Shown piece after piece: positions 1 through 9,794 of a stretch of DNA of 64,000 nt (position 1 is its first letter; each line of letters begins with the position of its first letter). The notes under the pieces are model-generated. The model saw only the letters and a program-made list of their open reading frames with translations, did no database searches and was not told the origin of the DNA. Location of the stretch: contig JBAYGS010000004.1 of NCBI GenBank assembly GCA_041666545.1, forward strand, positions 8,610 to 72,609. Reading direction: 5' to 3'. Source of the DNA: Minisyncoccota bacterium (lineage in GTDB: Bacteria > Patescibacteriota > Minisyncoccia > Phycocordibacterales > JBAYGS01). Position numbers and translations under genes: made by a program.

Positions 1-275
1 TGAATGATGTCCGGTTTCTCGCTGTGGATCAGTCGCCAGAATGTTATAAATGATAGGGCGTCTTGAGTTGTACTTATGTCTCGAGAAAGTGAGTCGACAG
101 AGATTGAGCGAATCCCGGTTTCCTTCAGTTTGTCATGCAGTGGGCCACTGCCACCGGCGGCCACAACAGCTTCGAATTTAGTTTTAGGCAAATTGGTGGC
201 TAAATCGAAAACATGCCTTTGGGCGCCACCCCAATTGCTTTTGGTAATGAAGTAAAGAATTTTCTTTTTAACCAT
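1..275 (-). CDS. Glycosyltransferase family 4 (group 1), N-terminal part; gene continues beyond window start
   Basis: Reverse-strand translation begins MVKKKILYFITKSNWGGAQRHVFDLATNLPKTKFEAVVAAGGSGPLHDKL..., a GT4 N-terminal Rossmann-like domain with GGAQ motif. Start codon ATG (complement of cat at 273-275). Open at the window edge, so not in the ORF track. Confidence 0.5.
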   Translation of the reverse strand, partial: MVKKKILYFITKSNWGGAQRHVFDLATNLPKTKFEAVVAAGGSGPLHDKLKETGIRSISVDSLSRDISTTQDALSFITFWRLIHSEKPDII

Positions 276-406
276 AGTCATTGATTAATTATAGCGCAGA
301 ACCCAAAACCCGGGGCATAAAGCATGGTGCGCAAAGCTTCAAAGAATTGGCGGTGAAAATCCTGTTGCTTTTTGGGGGAAAATTTGTATAATAATTTAAT
401 TATCAT

Positions 407-1756
407 ATGCGAATCTTTAATAAGCGCGAACCGCTAATTTTATTTCTGGGTGACTTGGTAGCTTTTGCGCTAGCTCTTTGGTTTACTCTTTTTTTGCGTT
501 ACGGCTCGTCTTTGGACGCGGTACGTTTGTCTGACCACTTTCAGGCTTTTTCCATAATTTTTTTGATTTGGACTTTGGCATTTTATATTGCCGGTCTCTA
601 TGGTAAGCAAACTCTGGTCTTTAAAAACCGCCTGCCGAGTAGAATTTTAAAGGCCCAAATTGTAAACAGTTTCTTGGCAATCGCTTTTTTCTATCTAGTC
701 CCGTCTTTTGGTATAACACCAAAAACCAACTTGTTTATTCAGCTGTCCCTTTCTTTCTTTTTGGTTTTGATTTGGCGTCTGTACGGTGGAGGTTTTCGGG
801 AGTCCAAAGAGAAACAGTCGGCAATTTTAATCGGGGAAGGGGAAGAGATGAAAGAGTTGGCCGATGAAATCAACCATAACAATCGTTATGCGGTTGGCTT
901 CGATTCGGTTTTAGATTTGAGTCAAATCTCCGGGGCAGAAGCCGTCTCAAACATCGACCGCCAGCTCAAAGATGGCAGGATCAGTTTGGTTGTTGCCGAC
1001 TTAAGCCATGAGAAAATTCAGCCAATTTTACCGGAGTTTTATAAATTGTTGTTTTCTCGGGTCAAGTTTCTTGATGCTGGTAAGCTCTACGAAGAAATCT
1101 TTGATCGGGTGCCACTATCGCTCATCCGCTATGGCTGGCTATTGCAGAATGTTTCAAATTCACCCAAGAAAACTTACGATAGTCTAAAACGCCTGATGGA
1201 CTTAATCTTGGGAGTTATCGGGGGTCTAGTTTCTTTGGTTTTTTACCCATTCGTCTATCTGGCGATTAAACTTGATGACGGTGGCCCAGTCTTTATTTCA
1301 CAGGAGCGAATCGGTCAGAATAATAAAATTTTTAAGATTTTGAAATTCCGAACTATGACCAAAGATGATGCCGGCTATGCTGTTGCCAAACAAACCAATC
1401 GGACCACTCGGGTTGGTGGTTTCTTGAGGCGGACAAGAATTGATGAATTGCCTCAACTTTGGAATGTTTTGCGTGGCGACCTGTCATTAATTGGCCCACG
1501 GCCGGAGTTGCCAATTTTGGCTTCGGCTTACGACAAAGATATTTCTTATTACCGGGCCAGACATCTGATCAAGCCGGGCCTTTCTGGCTGGGCCCAATTG
1601 AATCAGCAAAATCCTCCAAAACGGGATTTGAATTTTAACGATACCAAAGTGAAATTGTCCTACGACTTATTTTACCTGAAGAATCGTTCACTCTTTCTGG
1701 ATATCAAGATTGCCCTAAGAACGATTGCTGACCTGCTTTCAAGAAGTGGGCTGTAG
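407..1756 (+). CDS. Polyprenyl-phosphate sugar phosphotransferase (bacterial sugar transferase family, WbaP/WcaJ-like initiating enzyme)
   Basis: 449 aa. N-terminal TM helices. C-terminal bacterial sugar transferase domain motifs (KFRTM, PGLSGWAQ, DIKIALRT-like end). Divergent from the GT4 gene at the window start. Confidence 0.85.
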   Translation: MRIFNKREPLILFLGDLVAFALALWFTLFLRYGSSLDAVRLSDHFQAFSIIFLIWTLAFYIAGLYGKQTLVFKNRLPSRILKAQIVNSFLAIAFFYLVPSFGITPKTNLFIQLSLSFFLVLIWRLYGGGFRESKEKQSAILIGEGEEMKELADEINHNNRYAVGFDSVLDLSQISGAEAVSNIDRQLKDGRISLVVADLSHEKIQPILPEFYKLLFSRVKFLDAGKLYEEIFDRVPLSLIRYGWLLQNVSNSPKKTYDSLKRLMDLILGVIGGLVSLVFYPFVYLAIKLDDGGPVFISQERIGQNNKIFKILKFRTMTKDDAGYAVAKQTNRTTRVGGFLRRTRIDELPQLWNVLRGDLSLIGPRPELPILASAYDKDISYYRARHLIKPGLSGWAQLNQQNPPKRDLNFNDTKVKLSYDLFYLKNRSLFLDIKIALRTIADLLSRSGL

Positions 1757-1834
1757 ACCAAGCTGATAATAAGTAATTAGATTGACAACATTTTTCTTGG
1801 GTGTAGTCTTTCAATAGAATAGAAAGACTGATTT

Positions 1835-2047
1835 ATGGAAATAATAGTACCTCTGGTCATTGTTGTTTTGTTGTTTGTGGCGCCAGAAATTGTCGGGGTG
1901 ATGATTACGCTAGGTGTCTCGGTTGTTGCTCTCATGTGTTGGGTTCTCGTGCTACCTTTTGCGGGAGTCTATCGACTCTGGTTGTATTGTCGTCGCTGGT
2001 ACTCGTCAATCAGGGGAACTAAAGTTATCTGTCAGAAGGTAAAATAG
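1835..2047 (+). CDS. Small hydrophobic hypothetical protein (70 aa)
   Basis: ORF only. Very hydrophobic two-helix peptide. No recognisable motif. Confidence 0.2.
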   Translation: MEIIVPLVIVVLLFVAPEIVGVMITLGVSVVALMCWVLVLPFAGVYRLWLYCRRWYSSIRGTKVICQKVK

Positions 2048-2055
2048 GTCGCTTT

Positions 2056-2080
2056 GCTAGCCTGAGAGGCTAGCTTTTTA
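2056..2080 (+). terminator. Rho-independent terminator-like hairpin
   Basis: gctagcctgagaggctagc stem-loop followed by ttttta. Confidence 0.45.
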
Positions 2081-2130
2081 AATTGTAAAAAGATTTGCAG
2101 TTTTAAATCAAATCGGCTAAGATACGCCCT

Positions 2131-3456
2131 ATGTTAAAACATCGGATTTGGGCCGTTATTCTATTAGTCACAGCCGTTTTAATCGGTTATTTTGTCTATT
2201 CGTCTCAAGTTAAGTCAGACTCGAACTTTCCTTTTAAATTAGGCCTGGATCTTTCGGGTGGCACCCATTTGGTCTATGAAGCCGATGTTTCCTCGCTGGC
2301 AGCTTCTGATGTCGACAGCTCAATGAATACCTTAAGAGATGTCATCGAGCGCCGTGTCAATGTTTTTGGTGTTTCAGAGCCGATTGTTCAGGTTGAAAAT
2401 GGTAATGTTTTCGGCTCGATTAAAAGTCGCTTGATTGTGGAATTGCCAGGCGTTACTAATGTTAATGATGCTGTGGCGGCAATCGGCCAAACTCCAATTT
2501 TGGAATTTCGCCTCGTCGCGGCGGGAGTTAAAAATCTGAATGAAGTCAAGGACAAGCCGATGGATCAAGTTTTTATTCCAACAGGCCTCACCGGTCGACT
2601 TTTGGAGCATTCGCAACTGGAATTTGATCAGCAAACCGGTGAGGGAATTGTCGTCTTGTCTTTCAATAAAGAGGGCGGTGATTTGTTTGAAAAAATTACC
2701 AAAGAAAATGTTGGTCGCAGTTTGGCGATTTTCCTCGATGGTGATTTGAAATCGACGCCAGTTATCCGTGAAGTTATTGCCGGTGGTAAAGCTACCATTT
2801 CCGGCGGTTTTACTGGTCAGACCGGTCTTACTGAAGCTCGGGACTTGGTGAGAAATTTAAATCTCGGTGCTTTACCGGTCCCAATTAAACTGGTTTCGAC
2901 TCAAACTATCGGCGCTACTCTGGGTGAGGCGGCTGTTGACGCGAGCGTGAAGGCCGGCATCTTGGCTTTTATAATTGTCGCGCTTTTCTTAATCATTTGG
3001 TACCGCTTGCCTGGCCTGATTGCCGTCATCTCGCTTGCAGTTTATGTAGCTTTGAACTTGGCGATTTTTAAATTAATCCCGGTGACTTTGACGGCCGCGG
3101 GCATTGCCGGCTTCATTCTATCCATCGGTATGGCGGTGGATGCTAATATTTTGATTTTCGAACGAATGAAGGAAGAACTCAAGCGTGGCCGAGTCCTTTC
3201 CGATGCTGTCTATGAGGGCTTCGCCAGAGCTTGGCTATCGATTCGTGATTCCAACCTTTCAAGTATCATCACTGCCGTTATTCTTTACTCCTTTGCCTCG
3301 ACGGCTCTGGTCAAAGGTTTTGCGCTGGTATTCTTTATCGGGGTGATTGTCAGTATGTTTACCGCGATTACGGTTTCTCGAACTTTGCTTTTGTCGATTA
3401 TGCCTAAAGTCGGAGGCAAAATTTCCCATTTCCTTTTTGGCAATGGCCTGAATTAA
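2131..3456 (+). CDS. secD: Protein translocase subunit SecD
   Basis: 441 aa. N-terminal TM, periplasmic domain, C-terminal 6-TM SecD/SecF fold (ILIFERMKEE..., GVIVSMFTAITVSRTLL). Confidence 0.9.
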   Translation: MLKHRIWAVILLVTAVLIGYFVYSSQVKSDSNFPFKLGLDLSGGTHLVYEADVSSLAASDVDSSMNTLRDVIERRVNVFGVSEPIVQVENGNVFGSIKSRLIVELPGVTNVNDAVAAIGQTPILEFRLVAAGVKNLNEVKDKPMDQVFIPTGLTGRLLEHSQLEFDQQTGEGIVVLSFNKEGGDLFEKITKENVGRSLAIFLDGDLKSTPVIREVIAGGKATISGGFTGQTGLTEARDLVRNLNLGALPVPIKLVSTQTIGATLGEAAVDASVKAGILAFIIVALFLIIWYRLPGLIAVISLAVYVALNLAIFKLIPVTLTAAGIAGFILSIGMAVDANILIFERMKEELKRGRVLSDAVYEGFARAWLSIRDSNLSSIITAVILYSFASTALVKGFALVFFIGVIVSMFTAITVSRTLLLSIMPKVGGKISHFLFGNGLN

Positions 3457-3474
3457 TCTCGATTAAAATCTATT

Positions 3475-4380
3475 ATGAAAATCGTTAAATACAGAAAAAT
3501 ATTCTACATCATCTCCGGCATTCTGGTTTTGGCCTCAATCGCTTCAATTTCAATCTGGGGCCTAAATTTAGGAATCGATTTCAAAGGGGGTTCTCTTCTG
3601 GAGATTTCTTATACCGGCACTCGACCAGAGATCGGCGTTATCAAAGATGCCTTGAAAAATCTGAATCTTGGGGATTTCTCGGTGCGAACTACCAGAGATA
3701 CCGGCTACATTGTACGAGCTAGGGAGATTTCTCAACCAGAAAAGGTCCAAGTCTTAAACGCGCTCGCTATTGGTGGTCAGAAGATTACCGAGGAGCGTTT
3801 CGACTCGATTGGTCCGGTTTTGGGTAAAGAGGCGGCCAGCAAATCTGTCACCTCAATTATTTTGGTGATGTTGGCTATTGTCTTGTTCATCACCTTCGCT
3901 TTTCGAAAAGTTTCCGAGCCGGTTTCATCTTGGAAGTATGGCTTGGTGGCGGTCTTGGCCTTGGTCCACGATGTTTTAATCCCGACCGGAGTTTTCGCCA
4001 TCCTTGGACATTTCAAGGGAGTAGAAGTTGACACTCTGTTCGTGACAGCAATCTTGGTGGTCTTAGGCTTTTCGGTTCACGACACGATTGTCGTGTTTGA
4101 TCGAGTTAGAGAAAATTTGCGTCGACTGAAAGAATCAAATGGCCGAAAAGATTTTGAAACTGTAGTGGGGGAGAGTGTCAGTCAAACTTTTACCCGCTCA
4201 ATCAATACCTCGCTTACTACTCTTTTGGCTCTAATTGTCCTTTATTTTGTCGGTGGGGAAGCCACCAAGCTGTTCTCTTTGGCCCTAATTATCGGCGTTG
4301 TGGTTGGTACCTATTCTTCAATTTTCATCGGTTCGCCTCTCTTGGTTACCTTGGAAAGGTTGAAAAACCGCAGAAAATAG
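3475..4380 (+). CDS. secF: Protein translocase subunit SecF
   Basis: 301 aa. Immediately downstream of secD. Typical SecF TM bundle (HDVLIPTGVFAILG..., FDRVRENL...). Confidence 0.9.
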   Translation: MKIVKYRKIFYIISGILVLASIASISIWGLNLGIDFKGGSLLEISYTGTRPEIGVIKDALKNLNLGDFSVRTTRDTGYIVRAREISQPEKVQVLNALAIGGQKITEERFDSIGPVLGKEAASKSVTSIILVMLAIVLFITFAFRKVSEPVSSWKYGLVAVLALVHDVLIPTGVFAILGHFKGVEVDTLFVTAILVVLGFSVHDTIVVFDRVRENLRRLKESNGRKDFETVVGESVSQTFTRSINTSLTTLLALIVLYFVGGEATKLFSLALIIGVVVGTYSSIFIGSPLLVTLERLKNRRK

Positions 4381-4397
4381 GGATAGTATTTAAATCC

Positions 4398-4425
4398 TTG
4401 ACTCCAAAATGTCCCCGTGTATAAT
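4398..4425 (+). promoter_or_regulatory. Sigma70-like promoter upstream of the 16S rRNA gene (TTGACT-16-TATAAT)
   Basis: ttgact at 4398-4403 and tataat at 4420-4425, ~245 nt upstream of the 16S 5' end. Confidence 0.5.
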
Positions 4426-4735
4426 AGACCCCACGCTCTAAGTAGGGCGGGGGTCTTTGACAATTTGAAGTAATAAGAAGATATGAGAATCGCCCAAGTA
4501 AAGTCTTGGGCTAATGCAAGTCTCATAATGTAATTTTAAAGTGATTGCTAGGATAGATGAACAATTTAACTTTTAGCAGGTTAAGTAGAAACATTCTTTG
4601 TTTTGTTCCGTTCTAAACTTAAAAAAATTAATCAAAACTTTCGCAAGAGAGTTTTTCTAATTTTTATTAAGAGTTTGATCCTAGCTCAGGATGAACGCTG
4701 GCGGCGTGGATAAGGCATGCAAGTCTAGGGGGTCC

Positions 4736-4872
4736 GGCACTTTGCGCGGAAGTGGCAAAGCGAATGACCAATAACCAAGAGACAAATTCCAAACTAGAGA
4801 GTGTTTGGTTATTGTTTATTGGAATTTGGAATTTCACTTTGTTTGCTTATGAGCAAAGTGCTGGATCACCGG
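4736..4872 (+). repeat. Hairpin-ended expansion element (IVS) within the 16S V1-V2 region, copy 1
   Basis: Starts ggcactttgcgcggaagtggcaaagcg (self-complementary hairpin) and ends cactttgtttgcttatgagcaaagtgctgg (hairpin). Same termini as the element at 6497-6642. Confidence 0.55.
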
Positions 4873-5525
4873 CAGACGAGGTAGTAATAAATAGGTACGA
4901 ACCTTCGAGTCAAGAATAGTCCGTCGAAAGACGGGGTAATCCTTGATAGTCCCTTCGGGGTAAAGATTTATCGCTCGATGATCGGCCTATTCAGTATCAG
5001 CTAGTTGGTAGGGTAATGGCCTACCAAGGCAATGACGCTTAGGGGGGGTGAGAGCCTGTTCCCCACCGATGGAACTGAGATACGGTCCATACACCTACGG
5101 GTGGCCGCAGCCGAGAATATTCGACAATGGGCGAAAGCTTGATCGAGCGACGCCGCGTGATTGATGAAGTCCTTCGGGACGTAAAGATCTTTTATGAGGG
5201 AGGAAGTTTATTGACGTTACCTCATGAATAAGGGGTTGCTAAACTCGTGCCAGCAGCAGCGGTAATACGAGTGCCCCAAGCGTTATCCGGAATCACTGGG
5301 CGTAAAGGGTGTGTAGGCGGTAGTGTTAGTCTTGTGTCAAATTCTTCGGCTTAACCGGGGTACGCACGGGAAACGGCACTGCTAGAGGATGCGAGGGGTC
5401 TCTGGAACTCATGGTGTAGCGGTGAAATGCGTTGATATCATGGGGAACACCAAAAGCGAAGGCAAGAGACTGGAGCACTCCTGACGCTGAAACACGAAAG
5501 CGTGGGTAGCGAATGGGATTAGATA

Positions 5526-6138
5526 AACGCTCGCCTTAGCTTTTTAAAAACGCGCATAAAGTCCTGGTGGACTTTTGCTATACTCGGCCTCACGGCCTGC
5601 GCTGTTTTTAAAAAGCTAAGGCTCGCTCCTGTGAAAAGGAGAAGAGAAAGAGCAAATGTCTCATCTACTAGTGATAGTAGAAAGCAAATTTGGCTATATG
5701 CTGGAAACTCCGTTGTATCCGACAATACCGAAAGGTAAAAATTTGTCGGTGCGGACAATCAGCAGGAAACTTGTATGTGTTGAGAAGGGGATTCGGATTG
5801 TAATCTTTGGGAAGGCAACAGCGTAAGCCTCTGTATGTGGACAGAGAAACTGCGCACTACCCCAAGGCTCTTACCTTCTGGGACAGCGTGTTAAAGCGCA
5901 CTCCCTGTGTGACCAGTCAGTGTGATTGGTCACACCTCCTTCCCAGCACATATTAAGGATCCTCAGAGACTAAACGCCAGACCCCTGAATTTCAGGGTGA
6001 AGATATAGTCCGTTCTGCATAGCGATATGTAGAGACAAGCAGAAATGACTTGTCCTAGTAATTTTTAATTTTAAATTGTAATTTTTCATTTTGAGATTTA
6101 CATTTTAATTTTTAATCGTTACTTCGTAACAATTAAGA
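5526..6138 (+). mobile_element. ORF-less ~610 bp insertion (putative self-splicing intron/IVS) in the 16S between GGATTAGATA and CCCCAGTAGTCC (E. coli ~position 790)
   Basis: The conserved block ATTAGATACCCTGGTAGTCC is split by 613 bp. No protein-like ORF. Contains an AT-rich tract at 6061-6120. Confidence 0.5.
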
Positions 6139-6233
6139 CCCCAGTAGTCCACGCCCTAAACGATCTTCTCTGGTTTTTCGGAGTATCGACCCTCTGAGAG
6201 ACGAAGCTAACGCGTTAAGAGAAGCGCCTGGGT

Positions 6234-6265
<32 letters not shown>

Positions 6266-6496
6266 AGACGGGGACTTGCACAAGCGGTGGATCATGTGGT
6301 TCAATTCGACGGTAAACGAAAAACCTTACCAGGGTTAGAAATCTAATCGAAGGCTAGCAGAAACGTTAGTCGTCTCACAAGGACGGTTAGACAGGTGTTG
6401 CATGGCCGTCGTCAGTTCGTGGTTTGAACTGTTCCCTTCAGTGGGGTAACGAACGCAACCCTCGTTGCCTGTTATATTTGTCAGGCGAGACTGCCC

Positions 6497-6642
6497 AGCA
6501 CTTTGCGCGGAAGCGCAAAGTGAGTTGAAAGTGAAAAGTTTATAAAGTCTGTAAAGTAAAGCAAAGAGCTCTGCTTTATGAACTTTCAACTTTATAACTT
6601 TATAAACTCACTTTGTTTGTTTGCGAACAAAGTGCTGGGAGG
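6497..6642 (+). repeat. Hairpin-ended expansion element (IVS) within the 16S (~E. coli 1130 region), copy 2
   Basis: Starts cagcactttgcgcggaagcgcaaagtg and ends cactttgtttgtttgcgaacaaagtgctggg. Inserted between gactgccc and ggaggaaggcgaggatgacg. Confidence 0.55.
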
Positions 6643-6863
6643 AAGGCGAGGATGACGCCAGGTCAGCATGGCCCTTTGATACCCTGGGCCACACACGTGA
6701 TACAATGCCGATTACAACGGGATGCGACGGGGAAACCCTGAGCCAACCCTAAGAAAAATCGGCCAAGTTCGGATTGAGGTCTGCAACTCGACCTCATGAA
6801 GCTGGAATCGCTAGTAATCACAGGTCAGCTATACTGTGGTGAATACGTTCTCAAGTCTTGTAC

Positions 6864-8151
6864 TCGGGTCGCCATGCGATCGAGTACGCTAGTTGGTGCT
6901 CCAGTTGTAATTTTTGGGAAGTTAAAAAACCCGCCGATAAGCGGGATGTGTACGGGCTTGGAATAAATTATCCCAGCCGTCTGTTCACGGCAGGTTGAAG
7001 AAAGCTCTCGCAGAGATAGTTTGGCAGGGAAATGAGACATATCACGGCCACCGGAACAGCGATACAGATGATGGTCAGAACGAGGAAAAAGGTTTCAGTT
7101 TTCGTAGTCCTCATAAGAATCCTCTCTGTCGCGATGGTATCTAATTTTAATAGAATTGTCAAGCAAGGCTTGACCCCAAAAATTACAACTGGAAAATCCA
7201 ACCAAGACAATTCACAGTGTCTTGAAGCGAAATACTAGTCCCGACGCCGTGAGGGGTCGGGATGAAGGAGTAAAGTAGCATTTCTTAGCTTGAATGCCAG
7301 TTATGGCGCATAACAGAGGTTATCCTGCGAGTACATGGAGAAGCCTACTGTGTTTTAAAAACTGTTATGCGTATCGTGGCATCGAGATGAGAAGAAACAG
7401 TGTATTCGGTCACCGTGGGAGGTCTTGCATTTTCCTCGTTGTGTTATACACACCGAGAAATTGTATTAGTAATGATACAATCATGAGATGCAAGAAGTCA
7501 GCAGAGTTCGTAGTACCAAAAGGAAAGATGCTCGGTTTAACCCCAAGCTAGAACTTCCTCTTGGGAAGGAACAAATTCAAAGGAAAAAGTTACATCCTCA
7601 ATATGTTGCAGGATTTATTGATGGAGAAGGATCTTTTTCGATTAGTATTGGAAAGCACAAAACTTTGCGTAGAGGTTTCGAAATTCGTCCGGAATTTGAA
7701 ATAGAATTACGGAAGGACGATCAAGAAATCTTGGAGCGAATACTTGTGACTATCGGAATTGGAAAAATTTACGATTGCTCATACGAGCGATACGGATGGT
7801 ATCCACATGCGAAGTACAAAATTATGAGCATCTGGGACCTGAAAGAATATTTATTTCCATTTCTCGATAAAAATCCATTACAAGCGAAAAAGAAAAAATC
7901 CTATCTACTTTTTAGGCAAATAGTTTTGATGATTTGCGCTAAGAAACATTTGTCTGATAGGGGATTTAACAAAATCGTAAAACTTCGCGACGAGCTTCGC
8001 GCTCTAGGGAAGAAAGCTAAAACTTATCATGGCAAGGTAAGTGAATTCGAGAAAAAAATCGAATAAGCAACCTTTGAAAAACGCGAGGGTGCGGGAAAAC
8101 CGCTTGCCCCGTGTTGAAGAGAAGTGTAATGGCAACATTATACAACATCAA
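6864..8151 (+). mobile_element. Group I-type intron in the 16S (near E. coli position ~1390, between CTTGTAC and ACCGCCCGTCA) carrying a homing endonuclease gene
   Basis: ~1.29 kb inserted into the universally conserved GTACACACCGCCCGTC block. Contains the LAGLIDADG ORF at 7488-8066. Confidence 0.7.
7488..8066 (+). CDS. LAGLIDADG-family homing endonuclease (intron-encoded)
   Basis: 192 aa. Canonical motif LHPQYVAGFIDGEGSFSISI. Basic C-terminus. Located inside the rRNA intron. Confidence 0.8.
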   Translation: MQEVSRVRSTKRKDARFNPKLELPLGKEQIQRKKLHPQYVAGFIDGEGSFSISIGKHKTLRRGFEIRPEFEIELRKDDQEILERILVTIGIGKIYDCSYERYGWYPHAKYKIMSIWDLKEYLFPFLDKNPLQAKKKKSYLLFRQIVLMICAKKHLSDRGFNKIVKLRDELRALGKKAKTYHGKVSEFEKKIE

Positions 8152-8493
8152 ATACCGCCCGTCAACTCAAGGGAGTTGGGAGCGCCCGAAATCTCACGCA
8201 AGTGGGCCTAAGGCGAGCTCAATGACAGGGAGTAAGTCGTAACAAGGCACGGGTAGCGGAAGCTGCTCGTGGATTATTTCAAATTGAACAACGTTGAATG
8301 CCTATTTATTTATGCATCTCAACTTAATCGGTCGTTATCGCGTATTCCATATGGATACACGATGTCCGCCTGAGGGGCTAATTTCAGGGGATAGTGATTC
8401 GATATCCTAAAAGTGAATCTGACATCGGGAAAGACTGGACGCGACACGAAAGTGTCTCGAGGAACGGAACAAAATAAAGCATGTTTCAAAAGC

Positions 8494-8521
8494 AAAAACC
8501 GCCCAAAAGGGCGGTTTTTGC
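8494..8521 (+). terminator. Rho-independent terminator downstream of the 16S
   Basis: aaaaccgcccaaaagggcggtttttgc stem-loop plus T-run. Confidence 0.6.
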
Positions 8522-8536
8522 TTGCCTTAATCTAGA

Positions 8537-8565
8537 TTGACTTTTTAATCAAAATATGATATAAT
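8537..8565 (+). promoter_or_regulatory. Sigma70-like promoter (TTGACT-17-TATAAT)
   Basis: ttgact 8537-8542, tataat 8560-8565. 47 bp upstream of the CDS 8612; an AGGAG Shine-Dalgarno precedes the ATG. Confidence 0.5.
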
Positions 8566-8611
8566 AGCCCGAGATTTAAAAAAGTTCCCGAACAATCAAA
8601 AAAGGAGACTT

Positions 8612-9271
8612 ATGTCAAAAGAAGACAAGAAGCTGTTCGGGGATTTCCTGTTCTGGCTTCAGTTTGCGATGGCTTGGGTCTTCACTGTACCCCAAGTTAT
8701 TCGGTCGTTCTACAGCACGAAGGGTATGACCATCACTTGGTCAATGTTTTGTGCGCTATTCGTCCTAGTCAATCTCTTTTTGGCGCTCGGCGCCTATCGA
8801 GATTCTCGAAGTCGCAAGGCCGGGCAGGTGGTGTTCGTTTATGCCAACTGGCTCCTGCTTTGGTCGGTCATGTTTGTCGTCGCCAGTCTCAAAGGAGTCT
8901 GGACTACAACCGACAGCTTACTTAGCATAATCATTGTGATTGGCGTCGCGATTCTCTTGTTGGCTCGCAAGAGGGAATCGTTGTTTGCAACCATCACTGA
9001 GCCGATCACTCGCGGAATTGTTTCGCTGATCGTTAAAAGTGTCCCGCAGCTCTACATCGGGTATTGCATCGTGAGGGACGGCAACAATTCCGGATTGGTT
9101 GGGACGACTCTCCTGATCGGCCATGTCACGGTGCTCATCCGGATCTTCGAGATCTGTTTGGCCGCTAGACAGGATGGCTGGAGCCGGAAAAACCAAGGTC
9201 TGTTCATCAGCGAGGCTGGCAACGAGTCAACCTGGCTAGTCACAACAGTCATCTGGCTGGCCTACTGGTAG
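8612..9271 (+). CDS. Integral membrane protein (multi-TM, possible PQ-loop-like), hypothetical
   Basis: 219 aa, ~6 predicted hydrophobic helices. TVPQVIRSF motif. No confident family assignment. Confidence 0.5.
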   Translation: MSKEDKKLFGDFLFWLQFAMAWVFTVPQVIRSFYSTKGMTITWSMFCALFVLVNLFLALGAYRDSRSRKAGQVVFVYANWLLLWSVMFVVASLKGVWTTTDSLLSIIIVIGVAILLLARKRESLFATITEPITRGIVSLIVKSVPQLYIGYCIVRDGNNSGLVGTTLLIGHVTVLIRIFEICLAARQDGWSRKNQGLFISEAGNESTWLVTTVIWLAYW

Positions 9272-9303
9272 TTCTTTCAATCACCCCCGTACTTTGTATG
9301 GGG

Positions 9304-9331
9304 GTTGACTTTTTTCTAGGGTTTGGTATAA
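9304..9331 (+). promoter_or_regulatory. Sigma70-like promoter (TTGACT-16-TATAAT)
   Basis: ttgact 9304-9309, tataat 9326-9331. Confidence 0.4.
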
Positions 9332-9375
9332 TACAACACAGAACAGAAAAGTCAACTGAATAAAGGAAAAAGACC

Positions 9376-9534
9376 ATGAGAGCGAAAAACCTCTACAGAA
9401 TCGCCCCGCCGACCATGCAAGAAGTCCTCATTGGGGCCGGGTGGAAAAAGATCGTCATGTTCGCCTTGGCCGCGCCGTTCATTGCGACCGGGCTTTGGAC
9501 CTTGGCCGGTATGATTCTTAGCCAGGCCCCGTAG
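9376..9534 (+). CDS. Small membrane protein (52 aa), hypothetical
   Basis: MRAKNLYRIAPPTMQEVLIGAGWKKIVMFALAAPFIATGLWTLAGMILSQAP. Flanked by a promoter and a perfect terminator hairpin. Below the ORF-track size cutoff. Confidence 0.3.
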   Translation: MRAKNLYRIAPPTMQEVLIGAGWKKIVMFALAAPFIATGLWTLAGMILSQAP

Positions 9535-9539
9535 TTTCA

Positions 9540-9582
9540 GCGCCGGCAACTCCTCCGAGGAGTTGCCGGCGCTAATTGTTTG
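9540..9582 (+). terminator. Rho-independent terminator (perfect 14-16 bp stem)
   Basis: gcgccggcaactcctccgaggagttgccggcgc followed by taattgttt. Confidence 0.55.
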
Positions 9583-9680
9583 CCAGAATGACTTTTTTCT
9601 GCTAAATTCTCTAGGTATTTAGGGAGTCCGAATCGATCAGGTGGCTGTTCACCAAAAATTAATGATATAGTTAACAGAGT

Positions 9681-9762
9681 GCGCGTATAGCCCCGACGCC
9701 TGCCTTGGTAAGGTCGGGATCCCGACTTCGCCGGGCGAACGTCGGGGCTCAGGTGGGCGTAC
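9681..9762 (+). repeat. tRNA-Ile 5'-half-like fragment split by a 55-bp GC-rich hairpin
   Basis: gcgcgtatagc + ccccgacgcc...cgtcgggg (inverted repeat) + ctcaggtgggcgtaca. Mirrors the first 19 nt of the tRNA at 9795-9868 (gcgcgtatagctcaggtgg). Confidence 0.4.
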
Positions 9763-9794
9763 ATTCAAAAACAAACCAATCATGTTGACAATGT

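Noticed and set aside
5925-5945. ggtcacacctccttcc resembling the canonical 16S 3' end (GGATCACCTCCTT)
   Set aside because: Located in the middle of the ORF-less insertion at 5526-6138, far upstream of the 16S 3' domain. A chance match, not the rRNA terminus.
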